Source of the DNA: Eledone cirrhosa
Taxonomy: Eukaryota
Assembly (NCBI GenBank): GCA_964016885.1
Contig: OZ024757.1
Location: 14,198,001 to 14,262,000 of the forward strand
Length of the DNA: 64,000 bases
Direction: 5' to 3'
A model generated the notes under the pieces. It saw only the letters and a program-made list of their open reading frames with translations. It ran no database searches and was not told the DNA's origin. The position numbers and the translations under genes are program-made. Shown here one piece after another: positions 57,764 through 64,000 of this stretch (positions are counted from its first letter, which is position 1; every line of letters starts with the position of its first letter).

Positions 57764-57821
57764 GTATATATATAATATATGTATATATATAATATATATA
57801 TATTATATATATATGTGTGTG

Positions 57822-57870
<49 letters not shown>

Positions 57871-58118
57871 ATAATAAACCATTTCCCACGTCCCGCCAAA
57901 TTGACGCCCAAACACGTTGCACCACCACAATACATATATTACAACACAGTAACACAGCACTCTACACCTTTATCCATCCATCATCTATATACCCATATAT
58001 ATATATGGCTATATATATATACACGCACGTACAGACGTATACATACATTAATGTATGCATACATACATATAAACATATAGACGTACATGCACATACAAAC
58101 ATACATAAGGATATATAG

Positions 58119-58160
<42 letters not shown>

Positions 58161-59097
58161 GCACATATACGTACATACACATACATAAGGATATGTAGAC
58201 ATACACACACACAGATATATATATTCCATGTGTACACACAGACACACACATATATATATATATATATACACACACAAATATATGAACATATACGTACATG
58301 TACAAACATACATAAGGATATGTAGATAGACACATATATATATACACAAATACAAGCACATATACGTACATACACACACTTATACAAACATACATAACGA
58401 TATATAGACACACACATATATATATACAAATACAAGCACATATACGTACATACACACACTTATACAAACATACATAACGATATATAGACACACACATATA
58501 TAGACACACACATATATATATATATACACAAATACAAGCACATATACGTACATACACATACAAACATACATAAGGATATATAGACATGCACATATATATA
58601 TATATACAAACAAAGATACAAATACATATATATGAACGCACACATACACGTATATACATGCATATATACGTACACACATAAATACATACAAAAACGTACA
58701 CACATACATAAATACATACATCCATACATACATGCATCCATACGTACATAGATATACAGACACACACACATACATTCATAAATACATACATATGTACATA
58801 CGTACGGGCATAGACACATATACACACACATACATATATACTCGTACATACATACATATATACATACGTACATACATATATACTCTTACATACATATACA
58901 TACATATATACATACATTCATACATACATATATACTCGTACATACATATACATACATTCATATACACATTCATACATATATACATACATAAATATATACA
59001 TAAATACATACATATATATACATATATACTCGTACATACATATACATACATACATATATACATACATATATACAGACATACATATATATACATATAT

Positions 59098-59144
<47 letters not shown>

Positions 59145-59245
59145 CACATACATACATACATACATATATATATATACACACACATACATACATACATACA
59201 TATATACATACATACATACATATATATACATATATATACATACAT

Positions 59246-59300
<55 letters not shown>

Positions 59301-59540
59301 TTCATACATTCATACATACATACATACATATATACATACATACATACATACATACATATACATACATATATACATACATACATATATATAGATATATATA
59401 CATACATTCTTACATATATACATACATACATACATATATACATACATACATACATATATATATACATACATACATACATATATATATACATATATATACA
59501 TACATACATACATACATAAATATATACATACATACATACA

Positions 59541-59572
<32 letters not shown>

Positions 59573-59889
59573 CATCCACCTTTGGTTTGTATAACCCCCG
59601 ACCCCTTCTAAGTAACAGTTTTTTCTAGAACTTTCTCATTCATCTACCCCCTTTACTATAAATAATTGATTTGCGCTCTATTAAAGGTCGTGTTCGGTAC
59701 CCCAGCCGCACCCTTAATCCACCCGTTTCTCTCTCTCTCCCTATCCATTAGTACCTCCCAGTTGGGGGCCCGGGATATGACATCAATCAATGCTCGTGAC
59801 ACTGTCCCTACCCCCAGCACCTTTGAGACAACATTGGTGTCGGTTGTTATCTGAAACCGTTCCGTTGTCCTTTGTTTCTGCTTACCATT

Positions 59890-61235
59890 GTGGATTGGCA
59901 GTATCGGTAGAGGGTCAGACGCCATGTTAGGGTGGTAGATTGGCAGTATCGGTAGAGGGTCGGACGCCATGTTAGGGTGGTGGATTGGCAGTATCGGTAG
60001 AGGGTCGGACGCCATGTTAGGGTGGTGGATTGGCAGTATCGGTAGAGGGTCGGACGCCATGCTAGGGTGGTAGATTGGCAGTATCGGTAGAGGGTCGGAC
60101 GCCATGTTAGGGTGGTGGATTGGCAGTATCGGTAGAGGGTCAGACGCCATGCTAGGGAGGTATATTGGCAGTATCGGTAGAGGGTCAGACGCCATGCTAG
60201 GGAGGTAGATTGGCAGTATCGGTAGAGGGTCGGACGCCATGTTAGGGAGGTGGATTGGCAGTATCGGTAGAGGGTCGGACGCCATGCTAGGGAGGTGGAT
60301 TGGCAGTATCGGTAGAGGGTCGGACGCCATGTTAGGGTGGTAGATTGGCAGTATCGGTAGAGGGTCGGACGCCATGTTAGGGTGGTGGATTGGCAGTATC
60401 GGTAGAGGGTCGGACGCCATGTTAGGGAGGTGGATTGGCAGTATCGGTAGAGGGTCGGACGCCATGTTAGGGTGGTAGATTGGCAGTATCGGTAGAGGGT
60501 CAGACGCCATGCTAGGGAGGTGGATTGGCAGTATCGGTAGAGGGTCAGACGCCATGCTAGGGAGGTGGATTGGCAGTATCGGTAGAGGGTCGGACGCCAT
60601 GTTAGGGTGGTAGATTGGCAGTATCGGTAGAGGGTCGGACGCCATGTTAGGGAGGTGGATTGGCAGTATCGGTAGAGGGTCGGACGCCATGTTAGGGAGG
60701 TGGATTGGCAGTATCGGTAGAGGGTCGGACGCCATGTTAGGGTGGTGGATTGGCAGTATCGGTAGAGGGTCGGACGCCATGTTAGGGAAGTGGATTGGCA
60801 GTATCGGTAGAGGGTCGGACGCCATGTTAGGGAGGTGGATTGGCAATATCGGTAGAGGGTCGGACGCCATGTTAGGGTGGTAGATTGGCAGTATCGGTAG
60901 AGGGTCGGACGCCATGTTAGGGAAGTGGATTGGCAGTATCGGTAGAGGGTCAGACGCCATGTTAGGGTGGTGGATTGGCAGTATCGGTAGAGGGTCGGAC
61001 GCCATGTTAGGGAAGTGGATTGGCAGTATCGGTAGAGGGTCAGACGCCATGTTAGGGAAGTGGATTGGCAGTATCGGTAGAGGGTCGGACGCCATGTTAG
61101 GGAGGTGGATTGGCAGTATCGGTAGAGGGTCAGACGCCATGTTAGGGTGGTGGATTGGCAGTATCGGTAGAGGGTCGGACGCCATGTTAGGGAGGTGGAT
61201 TGGCAATATCGGTAGAGGGTGGAACGCCATGCTTT
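59890..61235 (+). repeat. 30 x 45-bp tandem array derived from a SINE 5' head
   Basis: Unit gtggattggcagtatcggtagagggtcggacgccatgttagggtg; starts at 59890 + 45n up to 61195; the last unit runs into a SINE body. Confidence 0.95.
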
Positions 61236-61560
61236 GCAGCATAGACACGGCCCTTTACGGTCTGAGTTCAAATCCCGTCGAGTTTAACTTTGCCTTTCAG
61301 CCTTACGCGGTCGATAAAAATAAAGTACCAGTTATACACTGGGGTAATTGCGGGCCTTTTTCCAAAAGCTGAAACAATTATTATTAATATTATAGAGGGT
61401 CGTGCGCCGTGCTTTGCAGCATAGAGTTACGGCCCTTTACAGTCTGAGTTCAAATCCCACCGAGGTTAGCTTTGCCTTTCGTCCTTACGGGGTCGATAAA
61501 ATAAAGTACCAGTTATACACTGGGATAATTGTTGGCCTTGTGCCAACAGTTGAAACAATT
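61191..61560 (+). mobile_element. Two head-to-tail tRNA-derived SINEs
   Basis: B box gagttcaaatccc near 61265 and 61446; tttgcctttc...gtcgataaaataaagtaccag bodies. Confidence 0.85.
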
Positions 61561-61707
61561 ATATTTTTCCAATAGGGCTACTCCCCACCAACGTTTGTCG
61601 GTCAGATACCCCAAATGATAGAGGGTATTTGCCCTTGATACTGGTTGTAACACAGGAGTTATCGTGTTCCTTCATTAACTCTGGCGGAGGGAACTAATTT
61701 ACCCTTT

Positions 61708-61759
<52 letters not shown>

Positions 61760-61763
<4 letters not shown>

Positions 61764-61895
61764 AAGGAAGTGTGGTAAGGAACCAGAGTACTCGATATTT
61801 GGGGTAGTAGAGTGGGTAATAGGAAAAGTGTCAGTTCGGATCGAGCTGTCGAAACGGCCGGAGCTCAGCCGTCGGGGTCCTGACTCTTTTCCTAT
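61760..61895. mobile_element. Family C element, deleted, with inversion
   Basis: tgtggtaaggaaccagagtactcga...gtagtagagtgggtaataggaaaag...agctgtcgaaacggccggagctcagccgtcggggtcctgactc. Confidence 0.8.
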
Positions 61896-61969
61896 ATATA
61901 TATATATATACGCACACACACATGTAGGATTTGATTGACTAATAACCATTGGAAATGGCCTCCCTATTC

Positions 61970-62044
<75 letters not shown>

Positions 62045-62141
62045 AAAGTTAAACAAGGTTCAATGAATAAATCAAAGATTCAGTCACTACCATGACTGAA
62101 TCTTAACCATCTACTATGTCAGGGTATGTCATGCATCATCT

Positions 62142-62208
62142 TATTTTATCTGATGAGGACGTACTGTTGAAATTAACTCGGTACCTCTGAAATATGTATA
62201 ATAAAATA
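62142..62208 (+). ncRNA. Minimal type I hammerhead ribozyme (B-related)
   Basis: TATTTTAT-CTGATGA-GGACGTACTG...CGGTACCTCT-GAAA-TATGTA-TA-ATAAAATA; perfect 8-bp stem I. Confidence 0.85.
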
Positions 62209-62659
62209 TACTTGATCACAAGAATATCTATTTTGTTAATATTTTGCATATGTGAGTGCAGCAGCAATAACATGATAGAGCTGAGACCCCTGTCCTTAAA
62301 ACACTCCAAAAAACCTCATATGCGTTGCAACCTGAATAGGTACTTGCTGCAGCAACATGATAGGACTGAGGTCTTTATCATCAAAACGCTCAAGAAACCT
62401 CCTATGCAATGCAACCTAATAAGGGGCCAGGTAAACCCTACGTAGGTGTGAGCTGTAAATCTCATTTAATTTATCATTTTCCTTGACTGACTTTAGAAGG
62501 GTGAAGGTATTTTTTACCTTTGTCCTTTCTATGCCTATGTATTATACCTCCTGTGTACCCACACACACCTCAGATGGCCCTTGTATTGTACCCCTCATCC
62601 AACATATCCTTCTGGTAATAACAACAGCAACAAAACGATTGCTTTTTATTCACTTCTTG

Positions 62660-62915
62660 CTACTGTTGTTGTTGTTGTTATTTTGGTTGTTGTTGTCATT
62701 GTTACTGTTGTTTTTTTTGTTGTTAGTGTTGTTATTGTTGTTGTCATTGTTACTGTTGTTGTTGTTGTTAGTGTTGTTATTGTTGTTGTCATTGTTACTG
62801 TTGTTGTTAGTGTTGTTGTTATTGTTGTTGTCATTGTTACTGTTGTTGTTAGTGTTGTTGTTATTGTTGTTAGTGTTGTTGTTATTAGTGTTGTTGTCAT
62901 TGTTACTGTTGTTAG
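62660..62915. repeat. (GTT)n-based repeat
   Basis: Direct reading. Confidence 0.9.
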
Positions 62916-63123
62916 GTCAGTCACATGACGCGAACCTTTTCTGGTGGCATCACATTACCAAAGAAAGGCCACCATTCCACCTGCTGCTATTTATAGTTAG
63001 ACATTTCTCTGTCTCTGTGTGTAGAAACGGCTGTCTGTCTGTCTGTCTGAGTGTGTAGATACGGCTGTATGTGTATGTGCATGTATATGTATGTATGCGT
63101 ATACAATTAAATACACACACACA

Positions 63124-63174
<51 letters not shown>

Positions 63175-63225
63175 CTGTGTATGGGGGGTGGGCTGATTAT
63201 GTGTGTTTGTATGTGTATGATATAT

Positions 63226-63279
<54 letters not shown>

Positions 63280-63389
63280 CACATACACATATACAGACAT
63301 ATATACAGAATCTTTAATAAGGTCAAGTTTAAGTTATTTTACTTCAGGGTTTCTCCTGTGTACAAAGAAAACCAGGTTTAACTGATTAT

Positions 63390-63535
63390 TTGGCAGAATT
63401 GTTAGAACGTCGGACATTTTGCTAGCAGCATTTGATCCGGCTCTCTACAAACTGAGTTCAAATCACTCCTAGGTCAAATTTGCCTTTCGTCTTTCCGAGT
63501 TCAATAAAATAAAGTACCAGTCAAGTACAGGTGTC
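63390..63535 (+). mobile_element. tRNA-derived SINE, degenerate
   Basis: tggcagaattgttaga (A box), gagttcaaatc (B box), tttgcctttc...aataaaataaagtaccag. Confidence 0.75.
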
Positions 63536-63672
63536 AATATAAACTTATCGTATATATATGTGTGTATGTATGTATGTGTATATATGTAAAAGGTAAACAG
63601 AAATAACAACACAATCGGTACAGTATATGGTAGGAATATATTAGGTTAACGCTTGAAATAGCAGGAAGAGGA

Positions 63673-63708
63673 TCTTAATGTTTCGGATGCTAGTCCTTCA
63701 TCAGAAGA
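63673..63708 (-). ncRNA. Ultra-minimal hammerhead-like motif (family F)
   Basis: On minus: TCTT-CTGATGA-A GGA ctagca TCC-GAAA-CA-TT-AAGA; the 29.2 kb homologue has GAAACGTTAAGA. Confidence 0.55.
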
Positions 63709-63745
63709 AAGAATGAGAAATGGGATAGATTGAAGGGACGGGCGG

Positions 63746-63836
<91 letters not shown>

Positions 63837-64000
63837 TTGTAATGTACCTGTGTTGATTTTCCTTGTTGACATATCTCACCTCCCCTTCTCTCACATACAG
63901 ATATATATAAATTATATGTGTATATATATGTGTGTGTGTGTATATATATATCTATGTATATATGTGTGTATGTGTGTGTGTATATATATATGTATTTATA

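Noticed and set aside
59890-61235. CRISPR-like appearance of regular repeats (also 38200-40660)
   Set aside because: Units are contiguous with no unique spacers, there are no cas genes, and the context is eukaryotic
59656-61271. 530-aa (MASDPLPILPIHHPN)n and 474-aa repeat proteins
   Set aside because: The 45-bp unit is a SINE head; the open frames follow from a period divisible by three
61191-61290. tRNA gene
   Set aside because: A and B boxes are present, but there is no cloverleaf and the sequence continues into a repeated SINE body

Overview
AT-rich, extremely microsatellite-dense animal genomic DNA, most likely octopus/cephalopod (inferred from the tRNA-derived SINE family, which I recognise from octopus sequence, and from the (TA)n/(CA)n load). 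No host gene can be called confidently, and almost all listed ORFs are simple-repeat artefacts. Real coding remnants are all retrotransposon-derived: an uninterrupted but 5'-truncated RTE-type LINE (20985-23580, minus), several RTE 3' fragments (two with internal tandem iterations), two Dong/R4-type fragments in (TAA)n tracts, and a possible Penelope ORF scrap. There are many SINEs, a 1.1-kb foldback element, a MITE and several minisatellites, including a 30 x 45-bp array built from a SINE 5' head and a CRE-rich 46-bp array. The main finding is a set of at least seven sequence-unrelated short (about 150-350 bp) elements that abut (TA)n tracts. They carry minimal type I hammerhead ribozymes (about 12 with an intact core plus several decayed), usually occur as fold-back pairs, and share an ACTC-(10-20 nt)-GAGTRCY hairpin about 45-70 nt before the (TA)n junction. 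This suggests a community of non-autonomous Penelope-like ribozyme retroelements targeting TA microsatellites. All structures were read by eye and coordinates may be off by a few bases.
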